Assembly: GCA_963779755.1 (NCBI GenBank)
Contig: CAVZZO010000003.1
Location: 576,001 to 640,000, forward strand
Source: an uncultured Gemmatimonadales bacterium
GTDB lineage: Bacteria > Gemmatimonadota > Gemmatimonadetes > Gemmatimonadales > GWC2-71-9
Reading direction: 5' to 3'
DNA: 64,000 bases
Part shown: positions 18,987-29,390 of the stretch, piece by piece
Numbering within the stretch: position 1 is the first letter of the stretch
Layout of the letters: every line of letters begins with the position of its first letter
The notes under the pieces: generated by a model
Seen by the model: only the letters and a program-made list of their open reading frames with translations
Databases searched by the model: none
Told to the model about the DNA's origin: nothing
Made by a program: the position numbers and the translations under genes

Positions 18987-20444
18987 TCACAGGGTTTCGA
19001 TCTTGAGCAGATTGGTGGTGCCGGGCATGTCGAACGGCACCCCGGCAGTCACCACCACCGACTGCCCCGGCTCGGCCAGGCCGGCCTCGAGGATCCGGCG
19101 CCGAGCCACCACCAGCATGGAATCGTAATTGGGCAGGTGGTCCACCAGCGCGGGGACCACCCCCCAGACCATCGCCAGCTGGCGGTAGGTGTCCTGCTCG
19201 GGCGTGACGGCGAAGATCGGGACGCGGGGACGGTAGGCCGCCACCTTCCGCGCCGTGAAACCCGAGCTGGTGAAGCAGACGATGAGCGGCGTGGCCAGCA
19301 GCTCGGCCGCATCACAGACGGCCAGCCCGATGGCGTCCTCCGCCCGCATCGGCTCCCGGCGCTGGGGCGGGGCCTCGGGGGTGTCGCTGCGGCGGCGGGC
19401 AAACCCGATGGCGGCCTCGTAGGCCGGGCTGCGCCCCCGGCTGTTAAGCTCCATCCGGCGGGCGATCCGGTCCATGGCCTGCACCGCCTCCCGGGGATAC
19501 TGTCCGATGGCGGTTTCGGCGGAGAGCATCACCGCGTCGGTTCCGTCCAGGATGGCGTTAGCCACATCGGACGCCTCGGCCCGGGTAGGCCGGGGAGCGT
19601 GCACCATGGACTCGAGCATCTGGGTGGCGGTGATGATCGGCTTGCCGGCCAGATTGGTGTCCCGGATCAACTGCTTCTGAATGAGCGGAACCTCCTCGAA
19701 GGGCAGTTCCACCCCCAGATCGCCTCGCGCCACCATGATCGCGTCGGAGGCCGCGATGATCTCGGGCAGCTGCCCCAGGGCGGTGTCCTTCTCGATTTTG
19801 GAAATGAGGCGGATCCGCGAGGGAATCAGTTTGCGCAGCTCCAGCAGATCCTCCGCCCGCCGGACGAACGAGAGGGCGATGTAGTCCACCCCCAGCTGGG
19901 AGACCCGCAGGGCCTCCTCCCTATCCCGGTCGGTCAGGGCGGGCGCGCTCACGTCCACTCCCGGCAGGTTCATCCCCTTGTTGCTCTTGAGCTCACCTCC
20001 GTAGCGCACGGTACCGTATACCCGGTCGCCCTCGGTCCGGGTAACGACCACCTCGAGCAGGCCGTCGTCCAGGAGGATCCGGGCGTTGGGGATGACATCC
20101 CGGGCCAGGGCGGCGTAAGTAGTGGGGATTTCGCCGCCTCGGGCCGATTCCTGGGGGGCAAAGACCACTTCCTGGCCGACCTCGAGCGTGAGGGGGGCCG
20201 GCAGGACCCCCACCCGGATCCGAGGGCCTTGGAGGTCCACCAGGATGGCCGCGGGCGTCCCCCGTTCGGCCAGCACGCCGTGCAGGGCCCTGATCCAGGA
20301 TTCCCGGATGGCAGGGGTGGCGTGGGAGGCGTTGATGCGGACGACGTCCACGCCGGCATCCAGCAGTTCATGCATCTGGGCCGGCTCGGCCCAGGCCGGC
20401 CCCAGGGTGGCAACGATCTTGGTTCGGCGGATAGGTGCGGTCAC
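18987..20444 (-). CDS. pyk: Pyruvate kinase
   Basis: RRTKIVATLGP, DLQGPRIR, KIEK, MVARGDLGVE, ATQMLESM, PTRAEASDVANA. Confidence 0.97.
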   Translation of the reverse strand: MTAPIRRTKIVATLGPAWAEPAQMHELLDAGVDVVRINASHATPAIRESWIRALHGVLAERGTPAAILVDLQGPRIRVGVLPAPLTLEVGQEVVFAPQESARGGEIPTTYAALARDVIPNARILLDDGLLEVVVTRTEGDRVYGTVRYGGELKSNKGMNLPGVDVSAPALTDRDREEALRVSQLGVDYIALSFVRRAEDLLELRKLIPSRIRLISKIEKDTALGQLPEIIAASDAIMVARGDLGVELPFEEVPLIQKQLIRDTNLAGKPIITATQMLESMVHAPRPTRAEASDVANAILDGTDAVMLSAETAIGQYPREAVQAMDRIARRMELNSRGRSPAYEAAIGFARRRSDTPEAPPQRREPMRAEDAIGLAVCDAAELLATPLIVCFTSSGFTARKVAAYRPRVPIFAVTPEQDTYRQLAMVWGVVPALVDHLPNYDSMLVVARRRILEAGLAEPGQSVVVTAGVPFDMPGTTNLLKIETL

Positions 20445-20686
20445 GTGCGAAGTCTAATCGTCCCCGGCTGCTGGGGGAGCCCGGAACAGCACAGGAGGAG
20501 CGGGGGAATGGGGAGTGGAAGGGGGGGCGGGGTCTGGCCCTGCGCCGGCTCGGTTGCCGCTGAATCCGGATCGGGCGCCAGTCTATCCAGAACTGAGCCC
20601 AGAACTGACCCGCGTCATATCGGCAGGCCTGGGAATCGGCGTTTTCAAGGCCCGATCAACGGCTGCCTGGCCCATCGCCGCCGCCG

Positions 20687-20980
20687 TTTTCCACCAGGCC
20701 CTCAACGATATCCACAGCAGGGACCGTCCCAACCTTGGCCGAATGCTGTCAAATGGATATACACAATCGGGTGTGGAAGATGGAGATTTTCCACAAGTGG
20801 AGACGTGGAGGAGGTGGAAACCTGCCCATAAGCCCATGATGTCGAAGGTGCTGGAGACTTATCCCATTATCCACTTTAAGTGAAATGCGTAACTCATTTA
20901 TTCACAGTCATTAACTTGCACTACCAGATGTGGATAATATGGTGATGACACTGTCGCATCCATCTGGAATTTTATACACG
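20687..20980. promoter_or_regulatory. DnaA-box cluster in AT-rich intergenic region (candidate oriC)
   Basis: TTWTNCACA matches at 20787, 20898 and 20929 (TGTGGATAA); one-mismatch boxes at 20687, 20708, 20757, 20772, 20867, 20972. Confidence 0.75.
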
Positions 20981-21079
20981 CGGGGTGCATGAGGGTGTTT
21001 CTGGCACCAGAAAGGCCCGGTCCGCGCCCTATATGAGCCTGACCGGGCCCGATCTGGCAGCCCTGACAAGAAACCTTGC

Positions 21080-21655
21080 TCAGGCCTCTGAGGTGGCCTC
21101 TTCCCCTTCCCCGATCGCCAGCGGAATCCGGCGGGCCCTGGCCTTCCGGAGGACAACCCAGAGGGCGTAAAGGAGGAAGGGCGAAAAGATGACTGCCTCC
21201 ACCAGGAATGTCGGAATGGCATGGAGGCTGAGGTATTCAGCGGCCGAGGTGGCCCCGGGAATCGGGCGCCAGGCGAAGAGCCATGTCTCGGTGGAGAAGG
21301 GCCAGAAGACCATCGGCCCGTGGCCCAAGCGGCTCAGCATGTCCAGGACGCAGTGACTTCCCACAGCCAGAAAGGTCCAGAGCGCCACCGGGCCAGGGGA
21401 GGCCCTCCGTCGCCGGGCGATCAGAGCTGCCGCCAGGGCGATCATCGCCGCGAAGAAGAGGGAGTGGGTCACCCCCCGGTGCCCCAGCGGGCCGTCCGGG
21501 GAAACGCCAAGCAGGCCTCCCAGCAGGTCGATATCAGGGAGGAGGCCCAGGAGGGCAAACCCACAGACAGCCAGCCTGGGCCTGGGGGCGTCCGTATCCT
21601 GCGCGTAGGCCGCCCCAACGGCCGAACCGACCATCAGATGTCCGATACTAGCCAT
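21080..21655 (-). CDS. Membrane-bound metal-dependent hydrolase (YdjM-like)
   Basis: GH, LLPDID, HRGVTHSL, SHCVLD motifs. Confidence 0.85.
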   Translation of the reverse strand: MASIGHLMVGSAVGAAYAQDTDAPRPRLAVCGFALLGLLPDIDLLGGLLGVSPDGPLGHRGVTHSLFFAAMIALAAALIARRRRASPGPVALWTFLAVGSHCVLDMLSRLGHGPMVFWPFSTETWLFAWRPIPGATSAAEYLSLHAIPTFLVEAVIFSPFLLYALWVVLRKARARRIPLAIGEGEEATSEA

Positions 21656-21803
21656 GATCTCAGGAGAACCTTCAAAGAAGAGCGAAAATACGAGTTGGCC
21701 TGGCACTGGGGAAGTTCCGTGCCAGGCTCGATCAGTTGGAGAATAGCCGGATTTTGCCGGGCCGGAACCGGGGCCCGGTTCGCAGCATGCAATCCCTGCC
21801 GGG

Positions 21804-22643
21804 TCAGCGGCGCAGAAACCGCAGATTCAGGGTGCCACCCCAGACGAAGGGACCGACCATCCGGATCGGGGACGCCCGCAGCGCGTCGGCCAGGTCACCC
21901 TTGCCCTCAATCCGGAGGAGCCCGGCCACGGCCTGGCTGGAATCGGGCTGGAGCGACACCTCGGCCAGAGACCGGGCGCCGCGGAAGCCCGGGGTCACCC
22001 ACACCTGGCGGCGGGATTCGCCCGCCTGGGCCGAATCGGCCAGATGGCCGTCCCAGATCAGCGTGCTCTTCCCCACTTTCACTTCGTAACGGTCGTCCTC
22101 GGTGCTGTCGGGCGACTTTCCCGCCTCGGCGTCTACGTGGTCGGCCCTGATCAGCACCGACTGCGCCCGCTGCCCTGCCTGCCAGTCGGAAGTCATGATT
22201 CCAGGCGTGTAGTAGAGGTCAGGGCTTCCCTGCCCCTCGTCGGGCTCGACCGCCAGGAGCCAGACGGCCAGCAGCTGCCGGTCCTGGTAGCTCCTGATCT
22301 TGTCGCGGCTCAGGACGGTGTTGCCCATGCGCAGTGAATCGCCGTAGAAGAGACAGAAATTCGAGGGAGTCCAGTTGCCGTATTCGCCCTCCTGCGCCGT
22401 CCGCTGGACGGCGGGATTGAGCCCGGTCATCCCCCGGGCGGGGCGGGGATGGTAGTCCCTGGAAATCCGCCGGGCGGCCGCGGCCGAATCGACCAGAAAG
22501 CTGATGCACAGGCCTGCGTGCAGCCCCTGAAGGCTCCACTGCTGGATTTCCTGCTCGTTCTGAGCCCTGGCCTGCGAGGCGGCCAGCAGCAGCGCACCGG
22601 CCAGCAGCGCCGGAACCCGGATACTCCTGAACAGTCTTCGCAC
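21804..22643 (-). CDS. Exported hypothetical protein
   Basis: Signal peptide ending ARAQ; 279 aa ORF with coding-like codon use. Confidence 0.7.
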   Translation of the reverse strand: MRRLFRSIRVPALLAGALLLAASQARAQNEQEIQQWSLQGLHAGLCISFLVDSAAAARRISRDYHPRPARGMTGLNPAVQRTAQEGEYGNWTPSNFCLFYGDSLRMGNTVLSRDKIRSYQDRQLLAVWLLAVEPDEGQGSPDLYYTPGIMTSDWQAGQRAQSVLIRADHVDAEAGKSPDSTEDDRYEVKVGKSTLIWDGHLADSAQAGESRRQVWVTPGFRGARSLAEVSLQPDSSQAVAGLLRIEGKGDLADALRASPIRMVGPFVWGGTLNLRFLRR

Positions 22644-22681
22644 CGCCCCCCCTATGCCAAGCCACCACAGTGAAATAGTTG

Positions 22682-23266
22682 TCAGCGCTCCAGGCGGGCG
22701 ACCGCCTGATCCAGCGCTTTCCAGCTGGCCGCCTCGCCGGGATCGAAGCGAAGGTCCCGCCAGGCGACCCTGCCCTCCCGGTCGAGCACGAACACGGCCC
22801 TCCGGGCGTAGCCGCCGGGGTCCCGCGCTCCGTAGCGGCGGGCGACCCGAAGGTCCGCGTCGCTGAGCAGCGGAAAGGGCAACTGCAACTCGGCCGTAAA
22901 GCGCAGGTGCCTGGCCAGCGAATCCCCGCTCACGGCGGCGACGCTCACGTCCTCCCAGACCGAGGCCCGTCGGCTCAGCTCGCGCAGCAGGGTGGCGGCG
23001 CTCGCCGTGTAGTCGTATGGATAGAACGCGAGCACCACGATACTGCCGCGCTCGTCCCGCAGCCGGAAGGGTGCGCCCGCCGCCTCCACCCGGCGGCTGC
23101 GGGTCTGCGGCAGCTCGAAACCGGGCGCGGCATCCCCCGGTTCCGGGCCGGACGACAGGAACCCGGCCGGCGGCCCCTTGGGCTGCTGCGCGGCCAGCGC
23201 GGCGGCCCAGAGCCCGGGCAGAAGCGCCAGCACTACCACGGCGCGGCGGACGGTGAACCGGCTCAT
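22682..23266 (-). CDS. Exported AhpC/TSA (Bcp-like) redoxin fold protein with no cysteine
   Basis: GDAAPGFEL, VVLAFYP, LPFPLLSD..VARRYG, RAVFVLDREG; ATG overlaps tlpA stop. Confidence 0.8.
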   Translation of the reverse strand: MSRFTVRRAVVVLALLPGLWAAALAAQQPKGPPAGFLSSGPEPGDAAPGFELPQTRSRRVEAAGAPFRLRDERGSIVVLAFYPYDYTASAATLLRELSRRASVWEDVSVAAVSGDSLARHLRFTAELQLPFPLLSDADLRVARRYGARDPGGYARRAVFVLDREGRVAWRDLRFDPGEAASWKALDQAVARLER

Positions 23267-23781
23267 CGCGCGGCGGTCACCTGCTGAAGGGCATCCTCGA
23301 ACTTCTGGTCGGATCCTACGCCGGTATAGACGATCTTTCCCGCGCGGTTCACGATGACGACATAGGACGTGCTGGGCGGGTCGTATGCCCGCTGGCTCAC
23401 GCCATCGTCGTCGTACAGCACCTGGAAGGGGGGATGTTCCTTCTGCACATAGCGGCGGACGCGCTCGGGAGTCTGGTTGACCGCGACGTTCACGCCCACA
23501 AACGCGACCTGCTTGCCGTAGCGCTCTCGCGCAGCCCGCACCCGCGGCATCATGGCCTTGCAGAGCGGGCACCACGTGGCCCAGAACTCCAGGAACACCG
23601 GCTGCCTGCCGAGATACCGGCCCAGATCCACGCGGGTGCCGGAGAGGTCGGGAATGGTCACCACCGGGGCGGGATCGCCTACTCCGGGCGGGGCGTCCTG
23701 GGCAGACAACAGCGCTGCCGGCCCCGAGAGCAGCCCCAGGGCGGCGGCCGCCGGCAGGAGAGCGTGGCGGATGAATCTCAC
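23263..23781 (-). CDS. TlpA/ResA-like thiol:disulfide reductase
   Basis: FWATWCPLC CXXC motif, signal peptide. Confidence 0.9.
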   Translation of the reverse strand: MRFIRHALLPAAAALGLLSGPAALLSAQDAPPGVGDPAPVVTIPDLSGTRVDLGRYLGRQPVFLEFWATWCPLCKAMMPRVRAARERYGKQVAFVGVNVAVNQTPERVRRYVQKEHPPFQVLYDDDGVSQRAYDPPSTSYVVIVNRAGKIVYTGVGSDQKFEDALQQVTAAR

Positions 23782-24479
23782 AGGACTTTCCCCATCTGTA
23801 TGAAGTAATACTCGCTCATGGCAAGCAGGATGATCCCGGCGGCTCGCTTGACCCAGAGCAGCCAGACCCCACTGCGGGGCAACGAAGCCAGCAGGCCGCT
23901 GGAGGCTCCCACCAGCACGAGAAGCGCCGTCATCCCCAAGGAGAAGACGAACAGGTACAGAAAACCCCACACGGGGCTGCCTGCGGCGGCCACGAAGGTG
24001 AGCACCGCCGCAAATGCCGGCGCGCCGCAGGGAGCGGCGACCAGGCCCGAGGTGGCGCCCATCAGGAAGGCTCCCCCGGGGGATCCTCCGGCGATCCGGC
24101 CCGCCCGGGCCAGCAGCCCGGACGGCGCCTGCAAGGTGAAGACTCCCAGGAGGGCCAGGGCGAACAGGAGCAGCAGGTTGGCAATGGTGAAGTAGGCCCA
24201 GGGATTTGAGCTGATGGTACCGAAGAGCGAGCCGGTGAGGCCGGCCAGTAGCCCCAGCGAGGCGTACACCAGGGCGAGCCCCAGCGCATAGAGCAGGCTC
24301 AACGACAGCGTGCGGCGGCGCGACTGCCCGGCGCCGGCGCCGCCCAGAATCCCGGCGGTAATGGGGATCATGGGGTAGATGCAGGGCGTCAGGCTGGTGA
24401 CCAGGCCGGCGACGAAGAGCGTACCAAGGGCCACCAGCGGCTGTTGCCGGAGCGCCGATTCGAGCGACCCGAGTATCAC
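23778..24479 (-). CDS. ccdA: CcdA/DsbD transmembrane domain protein
   Basis: SLTPCIYPMIP and AAPCGAP motifs, about 6 TM segments. Confidence 0.88.
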   Translation of the reverse strand: MILGSLESALRQQPLVALGTLFVAGLVTSLTPCIYPMIPITAGILGGAGAGQSRRRTLSLSLLYALGLALVYASLGLLAGLTGSLFGTISSNPWAYFTIANLLLLFALALLGVFTLQAPSGLLARAGRIAGGSPGGAFLMGATSGLVAAPCGAPAFAAVLTFVAAAGSPVWGFLYLFVFSLGMTALLVLVGASSGLLASLPRSGVWLLWVKRAAGIILLAMSEYYFIQMGKVL

Positions 24480-24492
24480 GACTCCGGCGCTC

Positions 24493-24984
24493 TCAGCCGC
24501 CGGCGCGATGGTCGCGTCGCTGGAAGGCGAGAAATTCGTGGATGGCGGCCACCGCCGCGGGGTCCGGACTGCTGATACGCACCTCGCCCCCCAGGGGACG
24601 ATCATGATATTCGTACTGGATGCGATCGCGCCGTTCGGCCATGACCCTGGTGCCGGGAACGTCCTGGTCGTGCACCGCGTGGGGGGCGCTGAAGTCTCCC
24701 GCGGCGAACGCACGGGTGATGGTGCGCAGATGCTGCCGGATGATCTCCACACCCGAATCGGCGCTGTCCCGTTCGAACCTGATGATGCCGCCGTCGGGGA
24801 GATCGCGGAAGTGGTGCACCGAGCTGTACTGGTCCACCCCCATCACCATGGCGCCCCGGTGCTGCATGGCGGTGAAATTCGAATCGCTCTGGTGCTGATG
24901 ATCGTGTTCCTGGGCCGCGGCCGGGGACACCGGCAGGGCCGCGCAGACCAGGGCGAGCAGCACCGCAGCGTGCGCCGGCTTCAT
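24493..24984 (-). CDS. Exported His-rich hypothetical protein
   Basis: Signal peptide, [29 protein letters not shown]. Confidence 0.75.
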   Translation of the reverse strand: MKPAHAAVLLALVCAALPVSPAAAQEHDHQHQSDSNFTAMQHRGAMVMGVDQYSSVHHFRDLPDGGIIRFERDSADSGVEIIRQHLRTITRAFAAGDFSAPHAVHDQDVPGTRVMAERRDRIQYEYHDRPLGGEVRISSPDPAAVAAIHEFLAFQRRDHRAGG

Positions 24985-26219
24985 GACGAACTCGCCGGCT
25001 CGGCGGCGAGGCCGTAGTGGGACACGACGTAATCGTCGAGGATCTGCTGGAACTCCGCCACGATGTTCTCGCCTTTCAGGGTGACGAAGAGCCGTCCGTC
25101 CACATAGACCGGCGCCTTGGGCTCTTCGAAGGTGCCGGGCAGCGAAATCCCCAGGTGGGCGTGCTTGCTCTCGCCCGGCCCGTTCACTACGCAGCCCATG
25201 ACGGCCACCCGCAGTTCCTCCACTCCCGGCCGCTCCGCCCGCCAGAACGGCATCCGCTCGCGGATGTGGCACTGGATATCTTCGGCCATCTGCTGGAAGA
25301 AGGTGCTGGTGGTGCGCCCGCAGCCGGGACAGGCGGTAACCTGGGGGGCGAAGCGGCGCAGCTCCAGCGACTGGAGAACCTGCTGGGCCACCTGCACCTC
25401 CAGGGTCCGATCGCCGCCGGGGGCGGGCGTTAGAGACACGCGGATGGTATCGCCGATGCCTTCCTGCAACAGCACCGCCAGGCCGGCGGTACTGGCCACG
25501 ATACCCTTGGTGCCAAGGCCGGCTTCGGTGAGGCCCAGGTGGAGGGGGTAGTCGCAGCGGGCGGCGAGCCGGCGATAGACGTCGATCAGGTCCTGTACCC
25601 CGGACACCTTGGCACTCAGAATGATGTGGTCGTGCGGCAGCCCGGCCGATTCGGCCAGCCGGGCGGAGCGCAGCGCGCTCTCGACCATGGCCTCGAACAT
25701 GACGTCGCGGGCTTCGCGCGGCGCGGCCAGCGCGGCATTGGCGTCCATCAGTTCCGTCAGGAGGAGCTGGTCCAGGGAGCCCCAGTTGACGCCGATGCGC
25801 ACCGGCTTCCCGTGCGCCAGGGCCACTTCGATGATGGCGCGAAAGTGCTCATCGGCCCGCTTGCCGCCCACGTTGCCCGGATTGATGCGGTACTTGGCGA
25901 GCGCGCGGGCGCACTCGGGATGACGGGTGAGCAGCAGGTGCCCGTTGTAGTGGAAATCGCCGATCAGCGGCACGGCGCAGCCCGCCGCGGCCAGCCCCTC
26001 GGCGATACGAGGCACCGCGGCGGCCGCCGCCTCGTTATTGACCGTCACCCGGACCAGCTCGCTCCCGGCCTCCGCCAGGGCGCGCACCTGGGCCACCGTG
26101 GCCGCCACATCGGCGGTGTCGGTGTTGGTCATCGACTGCACCACGATCGGGTGCCCAGCGCCGACCGGCACGCCGCCGACGGTGACGGTGGGGGTCTGGC
26201 GTCTGACGGGGAGGGACAT
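24981..26219 (-). CDS. ispG: (E)-4-hydroxy-3-methylbut-2-enyl-diphosphate synthase
   Basis: [48 protein letters not shown]. Confidence 0.97.
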   Translation of the reverse strand: MSLPVRRQTPTVTVGGVPVGAGHPIVVQSMTNTDTADVAATVAQVRALAEAGSELVRVTVNNEAAAAAVPRIAEGLAAAGCAVPLIGDFHYNGHLLLTRHPECARALAKYRINPGNVGGKRADEHFRAIIEVALAHGKPVRIGVNWGSLDQLLLTELMDANAALAAPREARDVMFEAMVESALRSARLAESAGLPHDHIILSAKVSGVQDLIDVYRRLAARCDYPLHLGLTEAGLGTKGIVASTAGLAVLLQEGIGDTIRVSLTPAPGGDRTLEVQVAQQVLQSLELRRFAPQVTACPGCGRTTSTFFQQMAEDIQCHIRERMPFWRAERPGVEELRVAVMGCVVNGPGESKHAHLGISLPGTFEEPKAPVYVDGRLFVTLKGENIVAEFQQILDDYVVSHYGLAAEPASSS

Positions 26220-26236
26220 GCCCGGAATATAAGGGG

Positions 26237-27112
26237 CTAGGCGGTACTGAACTCTGCGCGGTCGATCGCGGCGCGGTCGTCCGCGCCGAGCTCGAGATCG
26301 GCGGACCGGGCAGCGTCCTCGGCGTGCGCGACGGTCCGCGCACCGGGGATGGCGACAACCGTTGGCCCCTGGGCCAGTACCCAGGCGGTGACCACGGCAT
26401 GGGGCGAGGCATTCAGCCGCCGGGCGATGTCGCGAACCACGGGGTGCCCCGGCAGTTTCTTGTTGAGCCGGCCGCCACCCACCGGGCTGTAGGCGAGGAA
26501 GGTGATCCCCAGCTCGCCGCAGCGCCGGACCAGGCCCTCACGCACCGCTTCGCGAAAGAAGGGATTGAGGCGGTTCTGGACCGAGACCACGTCCACCAGG
26601 GCGCAGGCCGCCTCCAGCTGCGCCAGGGAGACATTCGAAATGCCCACCCAGCGGATCTTCCCTTCCCGCTGCAGATCGGCCAGCGTGCCCACGCTTTCCT
26701 CGTAGGGCACGGCGGGATCGGGGGCATGCAACTGGTAGAGGTCGATCCGATCCACCTCCAGCCGCTGCAGGCTCCCGTCGCACGCCCGGCGCAGATGCTC
26801 GGGCCGGCCGTTGCGTTCCCAGCGGCCGTCGGGCCGGGTCATGCCGCCCTTGGTGGCGACCAGGACCTGGCCGGCGGGGCCGCGCCAGCTCCGCAGGGCG
26901 TGCGCCACCAGGCGCTCACCATGGCCGATATCAAGATGAGAGGTGCAATAGACGTCCGCGGTATCGATCAGAGTCGCGCCGGCATCGAGCGAGCTGTGAA
27001 TGACCCGGATGCCGGTGGGATCGTCCGGCCGGCCCTGGATCGAGAGCGGCATTTCGCCGAATCCGATAATCGAAACCGGCCGGCCGGTCGAGCCGAGAGC
27101 AAGGGTCCGCAT
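26237..27112 (-). CDS. Aldo/keto reductase
   Basis: [32 protein letters not shown]. Confidence 0.92.
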   Translation of the reverse strand: MRTLALGSTGRPVSIIGFGEMPLSIQGRPDDPTGIRVIHSSLDAGATLIDTADVYCTSHLDIGHGERLVAHALRSWRGPAGQVLVATKGGMTRPDGRWERNGRPEHLRRACDGSLQRLEVDRIDLYQLHAPDPAVPYEESVGTLADLQREGKIRWVGISNVSLAQLEAACALVDVVSVQNRLNPFFREAVREGLVRRCGELGITFLAYSPVGGGRLNKKLPGHPVVRDIARRLNASPHAVVTAWVLAQGPTVVAIPGARTVAHAEDAARSADLELGADDRAAIDRAEFSTA

Positions 27113-27170
27113 GGATGAAACGTAAACCGTGCGGCACCCTGCGGGTACCGAGGCCAGAGGGGGGCGGGCG

Positions 27171-27932
27171 TCAGCCGATCAGATGCTGGTCGAGGAACTT
27201 GACGACGTCCTGACGGACCTCGTAGTAGATGCCCATGGCGTGGGCGTCGCCGGGCACCAGACGCGACTGCACCCGGGGAAGATCGCGGCTCCAGTTCCGA
27301 ACATTGTCGGCCCCGCTGAAGGGGTCCTGTTCGCTGGAAGTGAGCAGCGCCGGGGCCTGCAGCGCCTCCAGATTGCGCCGGATCCGCTCCGAGCCGTCGT
27401 CGCCGAAGGCCAGGGCGCCGGCGGCACCGAAGGTCACCACGGCGCGCAGCCCCTGCATGGCGGGCGCCGCCAGCAGCACGCCGCTGCCGCCCACGCTCGC
27501 GCCCACCAGGGCGAGACGGCCGGGGTCGATGAAATTCTGGGCGGCACCCCAGCCCGCCACCCGCAGGATGTCGTTGTCGATGCGGTGGAATTCCAGCGCC
27601 TTGATACTGCTCATGAACGCGGCGCCGAAGGGCTCCAGCCCGAACCCTTCGGGCGTGTCGATTACCACCGGGCCGCCGGGGCCGTGCACACTGGCGCCGT
27701 GCCCGCGGAGATCGAACGCGAGCACGGCGGCGCCGAGGTCGAGCAGGTCCTCAATGAGGGGCGCGTAGCTATCGCTGGTGGCGGGATACTGGTGCGCCAG
27801 CACCGCCAGGGGGTGCCGGCGCCCCGTGCCCGTTTCCGGGTACTCCAGAATGCCCTTGAGGAGAATGCCGTCCGCGGTGCGGACGGACATCTCCAGCGGG
27901 CTCAGGGGCGGCAGCGAGGCGGCGCGGGGCAC
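27171..27932 (-). CDS. Alpha/beta hydrolase fold protein
   Basis: DLRGHGAS, GASVG nucleophile elbow, C-terminal His. Confidence 0.85.
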   Translation of the reverse strand: MPRAASLPPLSPLEMSVRTADGILLKGILEYPETGTGRRHPLAVLAHQYPATSDSYAPLIEDLLDLGAAVLAFDLRGHGASVHGPGGPVVIDTPEGFGLEPFGAAFMSSIKALEFHRIDNDILRVAGWGAAQNFIDPGRLALVGASVGGSGVLLAAPAMQGLRAVVTFGAAGALAFGDDGSERIRRNLEALQAPALLTSSEQDPFSGADNVRNWSRDLPRVQSRLVPGDAHAMGIYYEVRQDVVKFLDQHLIG

Positions 27933-27938
27933 GGCAGG

Positions 27939-28208
27939 TCAGCGCAGGCCGAGCTGCTTCTCCAGCCGGAACCATTCTTCGGGGCGCAGCAGGTCGGTCT
28001 GGCGCAAGGGCGCGAGCGCCTGCTCGATTTCCTCGCGGCTGCCGCCGATACGCCGGTCGCGCAATTCACCCACCATCCGGGCGAAGCGCTGGTCGAATCC
28101 GGTGCGGTCGAGCTCGCCGTTCTTCCGCATGGCGCTCAGCCGGCGGATTTCTTCGGCCAGGCGCGTGGGGGAGATCGGTGTGAGGTCCCCGCCGGGCTGT
28201 TCGCTCAT
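27939..28208 (-). CDS. Small hypothetical protein (SHOCT-like helix)
   Basis: LAEEIRRLSAMRKNGELDRTGF; AGGAG upstream of ATG. Confidence 0.65.
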   Translation of the reverse strand: MSEQPGGDLTPISPTRLAEEIRRLSAMRKNGELDRTGFDQRFARMVGELRDRRIGGSREEIEQALAPLRQTDLLRPEEWFRLEKQLGLR

Positions 28209-28293
28209 GACTGGCGCTCTCCTTTGTGGAAGACCCGCGGCAAAGCGGCGTTCGGGCACGCGCGGGTGTCACGCATAATAGAAGCCCGCGTGA

Positions 28294-28818
28294 TCAGTCC
28301 GCCAGCCCTACCCGGCCGTGCAGCGGACTCATATGCTCGAACTCGGCCGTGATCCGGATGCTCGGGGGGAGCTGGAACACCTGCTGGAAGATATCGCGGG
28401 TGACCTGCGCGCCGCGCTCCAGGTCCTGCGCAAAGTCCACCTGGATGAACTCCGGCACCGGCCCTTCGGGCGTGACCTCCACCTGGTACGGCAGGCCTTC
28501 CCGCTCCAGCAGGGCCTTGACCTGGTCATAGTACGGTCCCGACCAGGAAGACCGGGGAAAATCGAGCGTCAGGCCGATGTGTTCTTCGTCGCGAATGTAC
28601 TTGGAGAACTCCACGAAGCGCTCATCGCCCTGAACCTGGAAGACCACGAAGCCAAGGTCGTATCCCCGCTGCAACAGCGTGTCCAGACACTGCGCCAGAT
28701 CCGTCAGGGCGATATTCACGCTGAGCAGCGACTGCCGCCGCTGACGGGCCACGAACCAGACCACGGCCGCGACCAGCAACAGGATGGCAAGCAGGATCAG
28801 GACCAGGGTGAGGCTCAC
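28294..28818 (-). CDS. Membrane-anchored hypothetical protein
   Basis: N-terminal TM helix then a globular domain. Confidence 0.7.
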   Translation of the reverse strand: MSLTLVLILLAILLLVAAVVWFVARQRRQSLLSVNIALTDLAQCLDTLLQRGYDLGFVVFQVQGDERFVEFSKYIRDEEHIGLTLDFPRSSWSGPYYDQVKALLEREGLPYQVEVTPEGPVPEFIQVDFAQDLERGAQVTRDIFQQVFQLPPSIRITAEFEHMSPLHGRVGLAD

Positions 28819-28955
28819 GGATGCTCCGGGGTCGGCGGTTCACCCACAGGTGGACGGCGCCCGGCCTGGCGCCGCCGCTGAATCTTCCTCCGGCAGCGCC
28901 CCCGGTCAATGGCCCACCATCCGGGCGCCGGGGCCGGCGCCGGAGCGGCGGCCGC

Positions 28956-29390
28956 TCACGGAACCAGAAGCGGCAGCCCGGTCGCCTCGTCTTTCCGTCG
29001 CTCCAGAGGCGACGGCGTCTCGGTCAGGAGCAACTCGAGGGTGGGCCAGACGCGCGCCTCCAGCAGATGGCCGCCGATGGCCGAACCGTCCCGCCGGCCC
29101 ACCACGGCGTGCCCGTGCACCTGGATTTCCTGACCCACCCGGGCAACGTTCCCCGCCAGGGACACGACCTCTACCTGCTCCTCCAGGGCGTTGCGCAGGT
29201 AGTCTTTCCGGTCCCGGTCGAAATATCCCAGCACCACGCGGCTGAAGCCGCCGATGGCCACGAACCCGGCGCCGCCGATACCTTCCCGGCGGGCGAAGTC
29301 CAGCAGGGCGTCGGGCATGGCATCGCCCGGCTCGCCCACCAGGGTCCAGGTCCGCCGGCCCGGTTCGCCCCCCAGCAGCCGCGATCTCAC
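28956..29390 (-). CDS. PPC/DUF296 domain protein
   Basis: AIGG, EVVSLAGNV, HGHAVVG, GGHL, PTLE. Confidence 0.88.
   Translation of the reverse strand: MRSRLLGGEPGRRTWTLVGEPGDAMPDALLDFARREGIGGAGFVAIGGFSRVVLGYFDRDRKDYLRNALEEQVEVVSLAGNVARVGQEIQVHGHAVVGRRDGSAIGGHLLEARVWPTLELLLTETPSPLERRKDEATGLPLLVP

Noticed and set aside
20515..20883. Short ORFs across the DnaA-box region
   Set aside because: No family motifs and atypical codon use; better explained as non-coding
22980..23040. Selenocysteine at the peroxiredoxin active site
   Set aside because: No in-frame TGA; the position encodes Ala
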